The notes beneath the pieces are model-generated. The model saw only the letters and a list, made by a program, of their open reading frames with translations. It ran no database searches and was not told the DNA's origin. A program made the translations under genes and the position numbers. A stretch of DNA of 64,000 nucleotides from Syntrophomonadaceae bacterium (GTDB taxonomy: Bacteria > Bacillota > Dethiobacteria > DTU022): assembly GCA_007119965.1 (NCBI GenBank), contig SKOR01000038.1:22226-86225 (forward strand), written 5' to 3'. Positions 51,512 to 62,180 of this stretch are shown here, piece after piece. How positions within the stretch are numbered: the first letter of the stretch is position 1; each line of letters starts with the position of its first letter.

Positions 51512-52552
51512 TTAGTTCATACCTTCTTCTTCAAAGAACCGTTCCGCTCCGGGGTGCAGCGGTACTGACATGCCATCAAGGGCGGTGTCGAGGGTGACCA
51601 GATGTCCGACATCGTGAGCCCCGTGAATGGTATCGATATTGTCAAAAACACCCCGCATAAAGTCATACACGAGGTCTGCATCCAGATCCTCCCGGCAGAC
51701 AATCATCGATAAAACGGCGATTGTATCTGCTTCAGGAACATCTGTGTAAGCATCGCCGGGGATGGTGACGCTGGCGTAAAACGGATAGGTGTCAATCAGG
51801 GATTCGGCAATATCTCCGACGATATTAACCAGGTAGATGTCGGTCATTACCGACAGCTCATCAATAACAGAAGCGCCGATCCCGACTGTAAAGAAGGCGG
51901 CATCAACCCTGCCGTCTCTTAAAAAGTCGGCAGCTTCTCCGGCTTCCAGACGCTCTGCGGAACCTAAATCGCCTTCACTCAGTCCGGCAGCTTCCAGGAC
52001 CTGCAGGGCGTTAACTTCAGCGCCGCTGCCGAGCGGGCCGAGGGCGACGTTCATTCCGGCCAGGTCTTCCGGGGATTCAATGCCCGAACCGGCGGCTGCT
52101 ACCAGCTGTACAGGTTCAGGGTAAAGGACAAACATGCCGCGCATGTTTTCGATCGGATTTCCTTCGAAGGCTTCGCCTTCACCGTGGTAAGCATAGTAGG
52201 CAACATCATTTTGGACTATAGCCATGTCGAGGTCACCGCTGCCGATCATTCTAGAGTTGACAGCGGAAGCGCCTGAAGACTCAACTGTGAGTGAGATGTT
52301 GTCAATGCTGGTGTGGGCAATGCGGGACATGGCCCCGGCCAGCGGGTAGTAAACCCCGGTTACCCAGCCTGCTCCCATGTTAACCCTGGTTACAGCCGCA
52401 GGCTCGTCCACCTCGGGCTCGTCCACCTCAGGTTCATCAACATCAGGCTCCTCGGGCGCAACCTCTTCGGGTGCGCAGCCGGCAACGGCGAAAAGTCCGA
52501 TCAGGAAAAACGCTAAAAGCATAAACACAAAAACATTTTTAAATCTTTTCAT
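51512..52552 (-). CDS. TAXI-family TRAP substrate-binding lipoprotein
   Basis: Lipobox AVAGC, GVYYPLA, GAS.VN, GPLGSG, PLHPGA. Confidence 0.93.
   Translation of the reverse strand: MKRFKNVFVFMLLAFFLIGLFAVAGCAPEEVAPEEPDVDEPEVDEPEVDEPAAVTRVNMGAGWVTGVYYPLAGAMSRIAHTSIDNISLTVESSGASAVNSRMIGSGDLDMAIVQNDVAYYAYHGEGEAFEGNPIENMRGMFVLYPEPVQLVAAAGSGIESPEDLAGMNVALGPLGSGAEVNALQVLEAAGLSEGDLGSAERLEAGEAADFLRDGRVDAAFFTVGIGASVIDELSVMTDIYLVNIVGDIAESLIDTYPFYASVTIPGDAYTDVPEADTIAVLSMIVCREDLDADLVYDFMRGVFDNIDTIHGAHDVGHLVTLDTALDGMSVPLHPGAERFFEEEGMN
52401..52450. repeat. 15-bp coding tandem repeat (EPEVD x3)
   Basis: GGCTCGTCCACCTCG / GGCTCGTCCACCTCA / GGTTCATCAACATCA. Confidence 0.85.
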
Positions 52553-52912
52553 TTTTGACCCTCCTTTTTAATTAAGCTTCCCTAATCCGAAATGTATTTA
52601 AAACATCAGTTGCTTTGTCCTCTCACCCCCCTGAAGACTAATCAAAGTACATTCGTTTTGCGGACAACATGTATACGATTATTTCAATATTTGCAGCAAA
52701 TTATCCTGCTATTTTCTATTTTGCAATATTAATATTTCTTAACATTCCGGCAGGTTGCTTTTCCTGTCTTCGCAATCGTTTGTAGAGAATAGGCCGCTGT
52801 TTCAGAAAAACCGGATCTATTGCCTATTTACCCTTTACTGATTTCATGTTTTAATTAATCAAACCCTGAAGAGAATAAAAACGGGTAAAATGTTTGCCGG
52901 GAGTGAGTATAT

Positions 52913-53440
52913 TTGATGATCAGGCTTCTGTTTCCGTACCTCTTGCTATCTCTGATTGTAATTGTCTACCTTTATGTCCGCCGCCTTCAGCTCGGCCCTG
53001 TCCTGCTTAAGGTCAACCGGACCCTGTTCAGTCGTTACAATGCAGACTCGTTATTGTTAATTATAGTGATCACGGCGGCATCTTATTTTTTAAGCCGTAT
53101 TGATCTGCAAAACCTCTCTGAGGCTGCCGGTGCTATGCCCCTGGGCCCGTATACCTACGTATATTTTTACGGAGCACTAATCCTGACCGTAATTCTTCGT
53201 GAAGCAGAAAAACCAGCTTTGCGCGAAAAAGGCATTTCGACTTCCCGTGGGTTCTGGAAATGGAACGAAGTCTCTTCATACCGCTGGTCTAAAAACACCC
53301 TGACCCTGTCAATTGACAGGGCGAACAAAAAAAGGTTGGAAACCTGGCAGGTTAACGCTGCTGATAAAAAGGAAATTGACCTGCTGCTCAGGCAGATGGT
53401 TCCGAAAAGGTCCGGACGGTCAAAAAAAAAGAAGAGCTGA
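52913..53440 (+). CDS. membrane protein with DUF5673-like (PH-like) C-terminal domain
   Basis: Three TM helices, then GI...GFWKWNEV.SYRW motif. Confidence 0.65.
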   Translation: MMIRLLFPYLLLSLIVIVYLYVRRLQLGPVLLKVNRTLFSRYNADSLLLIIVITAASYFLSRIDLQNLSEAAGAMPLGPYTYVYFYGALILTVILREAEKPALREKGISTSRGFWKWNEVSSYRWSKNTLTLSIDRANKKRLETWQVNAADKKEIDLLLRQMVPKRSGRSKKKKS

Positions 53441-53536
53441 TTATTGGTTGCCAACACCTTTTCTATCGGGGGGATATGTGATAAAATTAGCAAGTGTACA
53501 TCCTTCCTACTTAAACTTATAAACTAAGGAGCGCCA

Positions 53537-55957
53537 ATGGCTGATCGAGTAAATATAATACCTGTAAATATTTATGATGAAGTGAAAGTTTCTTTCCTTG
53601 ATTATGCGATGAGTGTTATCGTCAGCAGGGCCCTGCCCGATGTGCGCGACGGGTTAAAGCCCGTCCACCGGCGGATTCTTTATGCCATGTCTGAAATGGG
53701 CTCAACACCCGACAAGCCGTACCGCAAGTCTGCCCGGATCGTTGGTGAGGTTTTAGGTAAGTACCATCCCCACGGCGATGTTGCTTTATATGACACCCTG
53801 GTGCGGATGGCCCAGGAGTTTTCAACGCGCTACCCTTTGGTTGACGGGCACGGCAACTTTGGTTCACAGGACGGCGACTCAGCTGCTGCCATGCGTTATA
53901 CGGAAGCCCGCCTCTCTTCTATTGCCGGCGAACTGCTGACTGACCTGAAAAAAGAAACCGTAAATTTCAGGCCAAACTTTGATGAAAGCCTTGAAGAGCC
54001 GGTAGTCCTTCCTTCCCGCTTCCCTAACCTGCTGGCCAATGGTTCTTCGGGGATTGCCGTTGGTATGGCTACTAACATACCCCCGCACAACCTAAACGAA
54101 CTGATTGAGGCGATTAAGCACTTAATCGCTTATCCAGAGGCATCAATAACCGACCTGATGCAATATATTAAAGGACCCGACTTTCCGACCGGCGGCATAG
54201 TTGTCGGCCAGGAAGGCATTTACTCGGCATACAAAACCGGCAGAGGGATCATTAAGGTTCGCGGTGTGGCCCAGATCGAAATGAAAGACAAGGGCCGCAA
54301 CCAGGTTATTATTACCGAGCTTCCTTATCAGCAGAACAAGTCAAAGCTGGTCGAAAAAATTGCCGAGATTGTAAAAGAACGCAAGATGGAAGGGATCACC
54401 GATCTGCGCGATGAGTCGGATCGTAACGGGGTGCGCATTGTAATAGAAATTAAGCGGGACTATGAGCCGCAGGTTATTATAAACCAGCTCTATAAATTTA
54501 CCACCCTGCAGCAAACCTTCGGGATTATTATGCTGGCCCTGGTTGACGGACAGCCCCAGGTATTAAACTTAAAGCAGATGCTTGCTTATTATCTCGAGCA
54601 CCAAAAAGAGGTAATCAGGCGGCGCTCCGAGTACGACCTGAGGCGGGCCGAGGAAAGGCTGCACATTGTCGAAGGCCTGTTAATTGCCCTTGATCGACTT
54701 GATGAAGTAATCGCCCTGATCCGGGGGTCTAAAGATGTCCACTCTGCCCGCGAGGGTTTAATGGAGTTGCTCAGCCTCTCCGAAAAACAGGCCCAGGCGA
54801 TCCTTGATATGCGCCTGCAGCGCCTGACTCAACTTGAAATTTCCAAGCTTGCCGAAGAACAAAAGCAGCTGCATGAAAAGATTGCTTACCTGCGCAGGGT
54901 GCTGGAGGACGATGAACTGGTGCTAACCATTATCAAAGACGAACTGGCCGTTATCCAGGAAAAGCATGGTGACGATCGCCGCACCCAGATTGTTGCTGAT
55001 GAAGGCGACGTGATTTTAACCGACCTGATCTTCCAGGAAGATGTAGTCGTTACCCTGACAGATCGCGGTTATATCAAGCGCCTGCCGCTAACGACCTACC
55101 GCAGTCAGCATCGCGGGGGACGCGGTGTAATCGGTATTCAGACCCGTGAAAATGACCGTGTTGAACAGTGCCATGTTGCTTCCACTCATGATAAACTGCT
55201 CTGCTTCAGCAACAGGGGTAAAGTTTACCTGCTGCAGGTTCACGGCGTTCCTGAGTCAGGCCGGCAGTCACGCGGCACCGCCCTGGTTAACCTGTTGCCC
55301 CTGGAAGAAAAAGAGTTTATAACGGCGACCCTGCCAATTAGTGAATTCAGTGATGACCGCTACCTGTTAATGGTCACAGCGCGGGGCATGGTTAAAAAGA
55401 CATCGCTTAAAGAATACAGGAATACCCGTAAAACCGGCCTGATTGCCCTCAGCCTAACCGACGATGATGAATTGATCGCCGTTAGGCTTACCGATGGCCA
55501 AAAAGAAGTGCTTGTCGGGACCAGCGCCGGCCTCTTTGTCCGCTTTACCGAGGACCAGGTTCGTTCCATGGGCCGATCTGCCAGGGGAGTTAAAGCTGTA
55601 ACCCTGGGGGCCGAGGATAAAGTAATCGGCGCGGATCTTGTTACCGCCGACCACCAGCTGCTGATTGGCTCATCAAAGGGCTTTGGCAAACGGGTTAAGG
55701 TCAGCGAATTCAGCGCCCGTCGCCGCGGCGGCAAGGGTATGATTGGCATGAAGACTACTTCGCACAGCGGGCCCCTGGCAGTTTTTGTTGTTTTAAGCGG
55801 TGCAGAAGAAGAATTTATCATAATCACTGCCCGTGGAGTGGTTAACCGCCAGAGAGTTGATGAGGTTTCCCTGATGGGCCGCTACGCTCGTGGTGTAACC
55901 CTGATCAGGCTGGACACAAGCGACCGTGTCGTTAACCTGATTGCCCTTGACCAGTAA
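53537..55957 (+). CDS. gyrA: DNA gyrase subunit A
   Basis: [28 protein letters not shown], GyrA-box QHRGGRG, C-terminal blades. Confidence 0.97.
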   Translation: MADRVNIIPVNIYDEVKVSFLDYAMSVIVSRALPDVRDGLKPVHRRILYAMSEMGSTPDKPYRKSARIVGEVLGKYHPHGDVALYDTLVRMAQEFSTRYPLVDGHGNFGSQDGDSAAAMRYTEARLSSIAGELLTDLKKETVNFRPNFDESLEEPVVLPSRFPNLLANGSSGIAVGMATNIPPHNLNELIEAIKHLIAYPEASITDLMQYIKGPDFPTGGIVVGQEGIYSAYKTGRGIIKVRGVAQIEMKDKGRNQVIITELPYQQNKSKLVEKIAEIVKERKMEGITDLRDESDRNGVRIVIEIKRDYEPQVIINQLYKFTTLQQTFGIIMLALVDGQPQVLNLKQMLAYYLEHQKEVIRRRSEYDLRRAEERLHIVEGLLIALDRLDEVIALIRGSKDVHSAREGLMELLSLSEKQAQAILDMRLQRLTQLEISKLAEEQKQLHEKIAYLRRVLEDDELVLTIIKDELAVIQEKHGDDRRTQIVADEGDVILTDLIFQEDVVVTLTDRGYIKRLPLTTYRSQHRGGRGVIGIQTRENDRVEQCHVASTHDKLLCFSNRGKVYLLQVHGVPESGRQSRGTALVNLLPLEEKEFITATLPISEFSDDRYLLMVTARGMVKKTSLKEYRNTRKTGLIALSLTDDDELIAVRLTDGQKEVLVGTSAGLFVRFTEDQVRSMGRSARGVKAVTLGAEDKVIGADLVTADHQLLIGSSKGFGKRVKVSEFSARRRGGKGMIGMKTTSHSGPLAVFVVLSGAEEEFIIITARGVVNRQRVDEVSLMGRYARGVTLIRLDTSDRVVNLIALDQ

Positions 55958-56055
55958 ATAAAGCTGTAATTCAAAATATCTGCCCGCTTCTCCAATTGGA
56001 TCCGGGAGGTTAGCGGAGCAGGTAGAGTTCACAAATATAAAAATCGCTGACATGA

Positions 56056-57576
56056 ATGGCGGGTTGCATTTTGACGATCGAGAAAAGCAAGTTAGGGATT
56101 ACCGATACTTCGCTTCGTGATGCCCATCAATCGCTTTTGGCCACCAGGATGCGCCTGACCGAGATGCTTCCTGTTCTCGAAATGATGGATCAGGTTGGTT
56201 ACCATTCCCTGGAGGTTTGGGGTGGGGCAACTTTTGACGCCTGTATGCGCTTTCTTGATGAAGATCCATGGGAGCGCCTGCGCCAACTCCGTAAACACCT
56301 GAAAAATACCAGGCTCCAGATGCTGCTTCGCGGCCAGAACCTGGTCGGCTACCGCCATTACCCTGATGATGTTTTGACCGAGTTTATTAAAAAGGCCGTA
56401 TTCAACGGCATAGATATAATACGTATCTTTGACGCTTTAAATGATCTGCGCAATATGGAGAAAGCTATTTATCAAACCCGGACGGAAGGGGCTCATGCCC
56501 AGGCTGCGATAAGTTATACGATCAGCCCTTTTCATGATATCGATTACTTTGTCAGGGTCAGCCGGGATCTGAAAGAACTCGGGGCTGACTCGATCTGCAT
56601 CAAGGATATGGCCGGCCTAATTTCACCTTTTGATGCCTTTGAACTGGTCAGCAAACTTAAAGAACAGGTTGGGCTCCCCGTACAGCTGCACTGTCATTAT
56701 ACGAGCGGCATGGCTTCCATGGCTTACCTGAAAGCAGTCGAAGCAGGGGTTGATGTTATAGATACTGCCAACGCAGCACTGGCAATGGGCTCCAGTCAGC
56801 CCGCTACGGATACGATGGTGGCTGCCCTGAAGGGGACTGCTTACGATACGGGACTGGATCTCGAACGGCTTTCAAAGGTCAGCGCCCACTTCCAGGAGAT
56901 CAGCTGTTCTTATGAAATACCGCGGGAAGTTATGGTTGTTGATACTAATGTCCTCAGTTACCAGATTCCCGGAGGAATGATCTCCAATTTGACTTCGCAG
57001 CTGGCAGATCAAAAAGCGGCCCATCTCTTTAAAGAGGTTCTCGCCGAGGTACCCAGGGTCCGTGCTGATCTAGGCTACCCGCCCCTGGTAACGCCCAGCA
57101 GCCAGATAGTCGGTTCCCAGGCTGTGGTTAATGTAATAACCGGCGAGCGCTATAAGCTGGTATCGACTGAAACCAAAAATTACTTGCGCGGCCAGTACGG
57201 CAAGCCGCCGGGCGAGGTTAACCCCGATCTTCTAAAAAAGGTCCTCAAGGATGAAAAGCCGATTACGGGTCGGCCTGCCGATCTGCTCAAACCGCAGCTG
57301 GAGGAAGCAAGAAAAGCAATTGAGGAATATATCGAACAGGATGAGGATGTCCTTTCCTATATCATATTTCCCAATGTGGCCGTTGAATTTTTTAAAAGAC
57401 GCAAAGGTTTACTGCCCCCGTTAGAGTTGAACAGCAGCTGCAGCGGGGCTAAGGCAGTCAATAAAGCTGCTGCTGACAGGGGCAGGCAAAAGAGCCTGAT
57501 CCTTGAGGAGTTATATACCGTAGACAAAAACCTGGTCTGGAGCGATGAATTTAACACCGTTTACCCTGCCGGTTAA
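56056..57576 (+). CDS. pyruvate/oxaloacetate carboxyltransferase (OadA/PycB/transcarboxylase 5S-like), no biotinyl domain
   Basis: RDAHQSLLATR, WGGATFD, IKDMAG, HCH, PGGM, YPPLVTP.SQIVG; no EAMKM motif. Confidence 0.88.
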   Translation: MAGCILTIEKSKLGITDTSLRDAHQSLLATRMRLTEMLPVLEMMDQVGYHSLEVWGGATFDACMRFLDEDPWERLRQLRKHLKNTRLQMLLRGQNLVGYRHYPDDVLTEFIKKAVFNGIDIIRIFDALNDLRNMEKAIYQTRTEGAHAQAAISYTISPFHDIDYFVRVSRDLKELGADSICIKDMAGLISPFDAFELVSKLKEQVGLPVQLHCHYTSGMASMAYLKAVEAGVDVIDTANAALAMGSSQPATDTMVAALKGTAYDTGLDLERLSKVSAHFQEISCSYEIPREVMVVDTNVLSYQIPGGMISNLTSQLADQKAAHLFKEVLAEVPRVRADLGYPPLVTPSSQIVGSQAVVNVITGERYKLVSTETKNYLRGQYGKPPGEVNPDLLKKVLKDEKPITGRPADLLKPQLEEARKAIEEYIEQDEDVLSYIIFPNVAVEFFKRRKGLLPPLELNSSCSGAKAVNKAAADRGRQKSLILEELYTVDKNLVWSDEFNTVYPAG

Positions 57577-57647
57577 ACAGGTGGAAACCTTAAACCGGCG
57601 AGATTCACTAAAAAGCCCCGTTCACAAAGCAAAATTGATCGATATTG

Positions 57648-57676
57648 TTGACACTGTAATAACGGCGAGCTATAAT
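57648..57676 (+). promoter_or_regulatory. consensus sigma-A promoter of ilv-leu operon
   Basis: TTGACA-17 bp-TATAAT. Confidence 0.9.
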
Positions 57677-57694
57677 TATAAACAATCTTTAACT

Positions 57695-57950
57695 GTAAAA
57701 GCGAAGAAGGGCAGGAGTAAGCAATATATCTTATTTAGAGAGCCGGGGGAGCTGAAAACCGGTGAAGAATATTGCCGAAAGTCGGCCTGGAGCTGCACGG
57801 CTGAAACTTAAGTAGGCCGGGCCGGGGTGATACCGTTACCACACTCATTGAGAGGCAGGACCTTTAATTTTTCAGTTTAAGGGAAAGCATTTAAAAGGGT
57901 GGTACCGCGGAGGAAGTCCCTTCGCCCCTTTGGGCGGGGGGTATTTTTAT
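57695..57950 (+). ncRNA. T-box riboswitch
   Basis: GA motif, AGTA, AGAGAGC..GCTGAAA distal loops, T-box AAAGGGTGGTACCGCG (57894-57909), terminator CCCTTCGCCC-CTTT-GGGCGGGGGG + T-rich tail. Confidence 0.93.
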
Positions 57951-58212
57951 ATAATTATACACTTTAAACGAAGAGGCGATTTTGCTGAACCTGCTAGTTT
58001 TATAAACGAAGAGGTTGGTTCCGAACAAGAAGCAGTAATCTCTGCTTGTTAAGCATGTTTACTTTTGTGGGGAAGACGTATTTAAGGAACCCGGATCTTC
58101 CGGCAGGTTAGCAGAGCAGATATAACCCGTGTTATTATTAGGATGATAATTTATCCGGGAGCCGGTTGCTGAATCCCGGATTCTGAATACTGAATTAACA
58201 GGAGGTTAAGCC

Positions 58213-59877
58213 ATGCGAAGCCATAAAGTAACCAGGGGCGTAGACCGGGCCCCGCACCGCTCTCTTTTTAAAGCGTCCGGGTTTCATCCCGAAGAACTTA
58301 AGCGCCCCCTGATAGGTATCGTCAATTCTGCCAATGAAATTGTTCCGGGACATATTCATCTGGACACTATTGCCGCAGCAGTAAAAACAGGAGTGAGAAT
58401 AAGTGGCGGCACTCCGATTGAATTTCCGACAATTGCAATCTGCGACGGGATTGCTATGAATCACGCAGGGATGCACTACTCCCTGGCCAGCCGCGAAATC
58501 GTTGCCGACAGCATTGAGCTGATGGTTGAATCCCATTGTTTTGACGCCCTGGTCATGATTACTAATTGTGATAAAATTACCCCCGGCATGATGATGGCCG
58601 CCGCAAGGCTAAACCTGCCCGCAATCCTGGTCAGCGGGGGGCCGATGTTTGCGGGTGTTCAAAACGGTGAAAAAATCGATTTGAGCAGCGTTTTCGAGGG
58701 CGTCGGAGCTGTTCGTTCGGGTCGAATGTCTGAAGCAGAGCTTGAGGAGATGGAGCATAAGGCCTGTCCAGGCTGCGGTTCCTGTGCCGGAATGTTTACT
58801 GCAAATTCAATGAACTGTATGGCTGAAGCACTCGGCCTGGCCCTGCCCGGCAACGGGACAATTCCAGCGGTTAGCGCCGATCGGGTGCTGCTGGCTAAAG
58901 AAGCCGGAATACAGGTCATGAACCTGCTTCGCAACGGGATCACTACCGATAGAATTTTAGTACCCGAAGCATTTGATAATGCGCTGGCGGTCGATATGGC
59001 CCTGGGCTGCTCAACAAATACCCTGCTCCACCTCACTGCGCTTGCCCACGAATGCGGGTTTAAGCTTGATCTAAGAAGGGTAAATGAAATTAGCAAAAAA
59101 ACCCCGCAACTATGCCTGCTCAGCCCTGCAGGCCCTGATCGGATTGAAGATCTGGGCAGGGCAGGGGGTGTTACAGCAGTGATTAGTGAACTGCTGGAAG
59201 CAAAATTGCTAAAACCTGACCTGCTCACCGTAACAGGAAAAACTATCGCTGAAAATGCGGCAGGAACTGCTGTAACAGATCAAACCGTAATACGCAGCGT
59301 AAAAGCGCCGCGCCGCCCACAGGGCGGCCTGGCTGTCCTGTTCGGCAACCTGGCGCCGGAAGGCGCTGTAGTAAAGCAGGGAGCAGTGTCTGAATCTATG
59401 CAGGTATTTACAGGGACAGCAAGGGTTTTCGACAGTGAAGAAAGCGCCGTAGAAGCGATTAACCTCGGCGCTGTAACTGAAGGAAATGTTGTTGTCATTC
59501 GTTATGAAGGCCCCCGCGGTGGCCCGGGAATGCGTGAAATGCTGGCGCCAACTTCGGTCCTGGCGGGCATGGGCCTTGATGATAAAGTGGCCCTTATAAC
59601 CGATGGCCGGTTTTCCGGGGCTACGAGAGGCGCTTCAATTGGACACATTTCCCCCGAAGCTGCTTCCGGCGGCCTGATTGGCCTTGTTGAAGAAGGCGAT
59701 CAAATTTCCATCGATTTGCCGCGCTATTCGCTGGAGTTGAAGGTAAGAGACGCTGAATTGAAAAAACGTAAAGAGACCTGGCAGCCGCCCGAGCCGAAAA
59801 TAAACCACGGCTACCTGAAACGCTATGCCCGACTTGTATCTTCGGCAGGAAGCGGCGCTGTCCTGGACGAAGTTTAA
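58213..59877 (+). CDS. ilvD: dihydroxy-acid dehydratase
   Basis: [40 protein letters not shown]. Confidence 0.97.
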   Translation: MRSHKVTRGVDRAPHRSLFKASGFHPEELKRPLIGIVNSANEIVPGHIHLDTIAAAVKTGVRISGGTPIEFPTIAICDGIAMNHAGMHYSLASREIVADSIELMVESHCFDALVMITNCDKITPGMMMAAARLNLPAILVSGGPMFAGVQNGEKIDLSSVFEGVGAVRSGRMSEAELEEMEHKACPGCGSCAGMFTANSMNCMAEALGLALPGNGTIPAVSADRVLLAKEAGIQVMNLLRNGITTDRILVPEAFDNALAVDMALGCSTNTLLHLTALAHECGFKLDLRRVNEISKKTPQLCLLSPAGPDRIEDLGRAGGVTAVISELLEAKLLKPDLLTVTGKTIAENAAGTAVTDQTVIRSVKAPRRPQGGLAVLFGNLAPEGAVVKQGAVSESMQVFTGTARVFDSEESAVEAINLGAVTEGNVVVIRYEGPRGGPGMREMLAPTSVLAGMGLDDKVALITDGRFSGATRGASIGHISPEAASGGLIGLVEEGDQISIDLPRYSLELKVRDAELKKRKETWQPPEPKINHGYLKRYARLVSSAGSGAVLDEV

Positions 59878-59912
59878 GGCCAGAAACGACTATAGGAAAC
59901 AGGTGATATAAC

Positions 59913-61607
59913 ATGAAGAAAAAACTCACCAGGGGTTCAGCGATGATCCTGTCGGCCCTGCACAAAGAGGGCGTCGAGATTGTTTTCGGTTTCCCCGGGG
60001 GTGCGGTCCTGCCCCTGTACGATCAACTTTATGATGATCCGATTAAACATCTCCTGGTCAGGCATGAGCAGGCTGCCGTGCATGCCGCAGACGGTTATGC
60101 CCGGGTTACGGGTAAGCCCGGCGTTGTATTTGCCACTTCCGGACCCGGCGCCACCAACCTGGTCACCGGGATTGCCAATGCCTACATGGACTCTGTCCCG
60201 ATGGTTTTAATTACAGGGCAGGTTGCTAAAAACTTCATTGGCACTGATGCTTTCCAGGAAGCCGATATCACCGGTATTACCATCCCGGTAACCAAACATA
60301 ACTACCTGGTCAGGGATATAGAAGACCTTCCCGCCATATTGGCTGAAGCTTTCTACATTGCCTCTACCGGCCGCCGCGGCCCTGTACTAGTAGATATCCC
60401 TAAAGATATCTTTGACCAGGAAGCATATTTCGAATATAACACCCGGTGCGATATCCCCGGTTATAAGCCTACTTACGAAGGCCATGTTGGCCAGGTCAGC
60501 CGTGCTGTAAAAGCGATCCGTGACGCAAAAAAGCCGGTGATATTCGGAGGTGGGGGCTTAATCAGGTCCGGAGCATCAACAGCCCTTCGTGAGCTGGCGG
60601 AAGCAGCGCAGATCCCGGTGATTCTTTCCCTGATGGGCCTTGGCGCTTACCCCGGGGATCGAGAGCTCTTCCTCGGCATGCCGGGGATGCACGGCAGCGT
60701 TACTGCCAACTATGCTTTGACCGAAGCCGATCTGATTATAGCAACAGGGGTCCGTTTTGATGATCGGGTTACCGGTAAACTCGAATCATTTGCCAGGCAT
60801 GCAAAAATCATTCATATCGACATAGACCCGGCAGAGATCGGTAAAAATGTTGCCATCGATATTCCCATTGTTGGCGATGTAAAAATGGTTTTAGAAGAAT
60901 TGCTCCGCAAGCTGCGCCCCGGTGATACAGCTGACTGGTTAAAACAAATCTTTGCCTGGCAGAAAAAATTCCCGATGCCCCTTGGCTCAGGTTCTGCCGG
61001 GGGCAGCCTGAAACCCCAGTTTGTGATCAGGGAGCTCAGCAGGTTGAGCGGCGAGGATACAATTGTCGCCACTGATGTCGGCCAGCACCAGATGTGGTCG
61101 GCCCAGCACTTTATCGTGCGGGATCCGAACACATTTCTAACCTCGGGCGGCCTGGGGACCATGGGTTACGGCTTTCCCGCGGCAATCGGCGCCAAGCTGG
61201 CAGCTCCAGATAAAAAGGTGATCTGTATCAGCGGGGACGGTAGTTTCCAGATGAACATCCAGGAACTGACTACGGCTGTCCACAATAAAATTGATCTGAC
61301 GATTGCCATAATCAATAACGGGTTTTTGGGCATGGTCCGCCAGTGGCAGGATATTTTTTATGCCAAGCGCTACTCTTATACTGAGATGGAGGGCAACCCT
61401 GATTTTGTCAAGGTTGCTGAGGCCTTCGGAGCTAAAGGTTTACGCGCTGCCAGCGATAAAGAAGCAACTGCGGCGATTAAAGAGGCCATGCAGACCAAAG
61501 GGCCCGTATTGATTGACTTTATAGTTGACCCGGAGGAAAATGTCTACCCAATGGTGGCGCCTAACCATCCCATCAACGAAATAATTGTCGGGGGTGACCA
61601 GCAATGA
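59913..61607 (+). CDS. ilvB: acetolactate synthase large subunit
   Basis: RHEQ, TSGPGATN, DVGQHQMW, GDGSFQM..NN TPP motif. Confidence 0.97.
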   Translation: MKKKLTRGSAMILSALHKEGVEIVFGFPGGAVLPLYDQLYDDPIKHLLVRHEQAAVHAADGYARVTGKPGVVFATSGPGATNLVTGIANAYMDSVPMVLITGQVAKNFIGTDAFQEADITGITIPVTKHNYLVRDIEDLPAILAEAFYIASTGRRGPVLVDIPKDIFDQEAYFEYNTRCDIPGYKPTYEGHVGQVSRAVKAIRDAKKPVIFGGGGLIRSGASTALRELAEAAQIPVILSLMGLGAYPGDRELFLGMPGMHGSVTANYALTEADLIIATGVRFDDRVTGKLESFARHAKIIHIDIDPAEIGKNVAIDIPIVGDVKMVLEELLRKLRPGDTADWLKQIFAWQKKFPMPLGSGSAGGSLKPQFVIRELSRLSGEDTIVATDVGQHQMWSAQHFIVRDPNTFLTSGGLGTMGYGFPAAIGAKLAAPDKKVICISGDGSFQMNIQELTTAVHNKIDLTIAIINNGFLGMVRQWQDIFYAKRYSYTEMEGNPDFVKVAEAFGAKGLRAASDKEATAAIKEAMQTKGPVLIDFIVDPEENVYPMVAPNHPINEIIVGGDQQ

Positions 61608-62119
61608 AACATGTTCTAGCTGTTCTTGTTGAAGATAAACCCGGTGCATTGACCAGGATTTCCGGGCTTTTCAGCCGCCGCGGCTTTAATATTGAAAACA
61701 TAGCCGTGGGTGAAACGCTTACGCCCGGGATATCGCGAATGACAATTACAGTAGAAGGCAGCGAACTGCTGATTGAACAGGTTGTCAAGCAGCTGCATAA
61801 ACTGATCAATGTAATCAGGGTAAGCAATTTATCCACCGAACCTTCAGTTATGCGGGAGTTGATGCTGATCAAGGTCAATGCTGAAGTCGGCAATCGCAGC
61901 GATATCCAGCAGATTGTGGAAACTTTTCGCGGGAAAGTCGTTGATGTGTCACCCGACTCAATGGTAGTGGAAGTGACCGGCAACGAAGATAAAATGGAAG
62001 CCATTAAACTGCTTCTGCAGCACTTTGGAATTAAAGAGATTGTAAGGACTGGAAAAATAGCTTTGCTGCGCGGCTCGAAAGTAACCAGGGAAAGCTTAAA
62101 TGGCAGCAGATGGCAGTGA
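61604..62119 (+). CDS. ilvN: acetolactate synthase small subunit
   Basis: ACT domain LVEDKPGAL.RISGLFSRRGFNI. Confidence 0.96.
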   Translation: MKHVLAVLVEDKPGALTRISGLFSRRGFNIENIAVGETLTPGISRMTITVEGSELLIEQVVKQLHKLINVIRVSNLSTEPSVMRELMLIKVNAEVGNRSDIQQIVETFRGKVVDVSPDSMVVEVTGNEDKMEAIKLLLQHFGIKEIVRTGKIALLRGSKVTRESLNGSRWQ

Positions 62120-62180
62120 ACGGGTCAACATTAACAACTAATTTGTCTGAGCGTATATTTAATCAGCAGAAAGATGGTGG

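Noticed and set aside
55958-56055. rRNA/tRNA cluster often found after gyrA
   Set aside because: No rRNA or tRNA sequence is present here.
57545-57811. 88-aa ORF upstream of ilvD
   Set aside because: Overlaps the promoter and T-box stem I; non-coding.
57864-57880. CodY-box-like AATTTTTCAGTTTAA
   Set aside because: Too many mismatches to AATTTTCWGAAAATT, and it lies inside a T-box stem.
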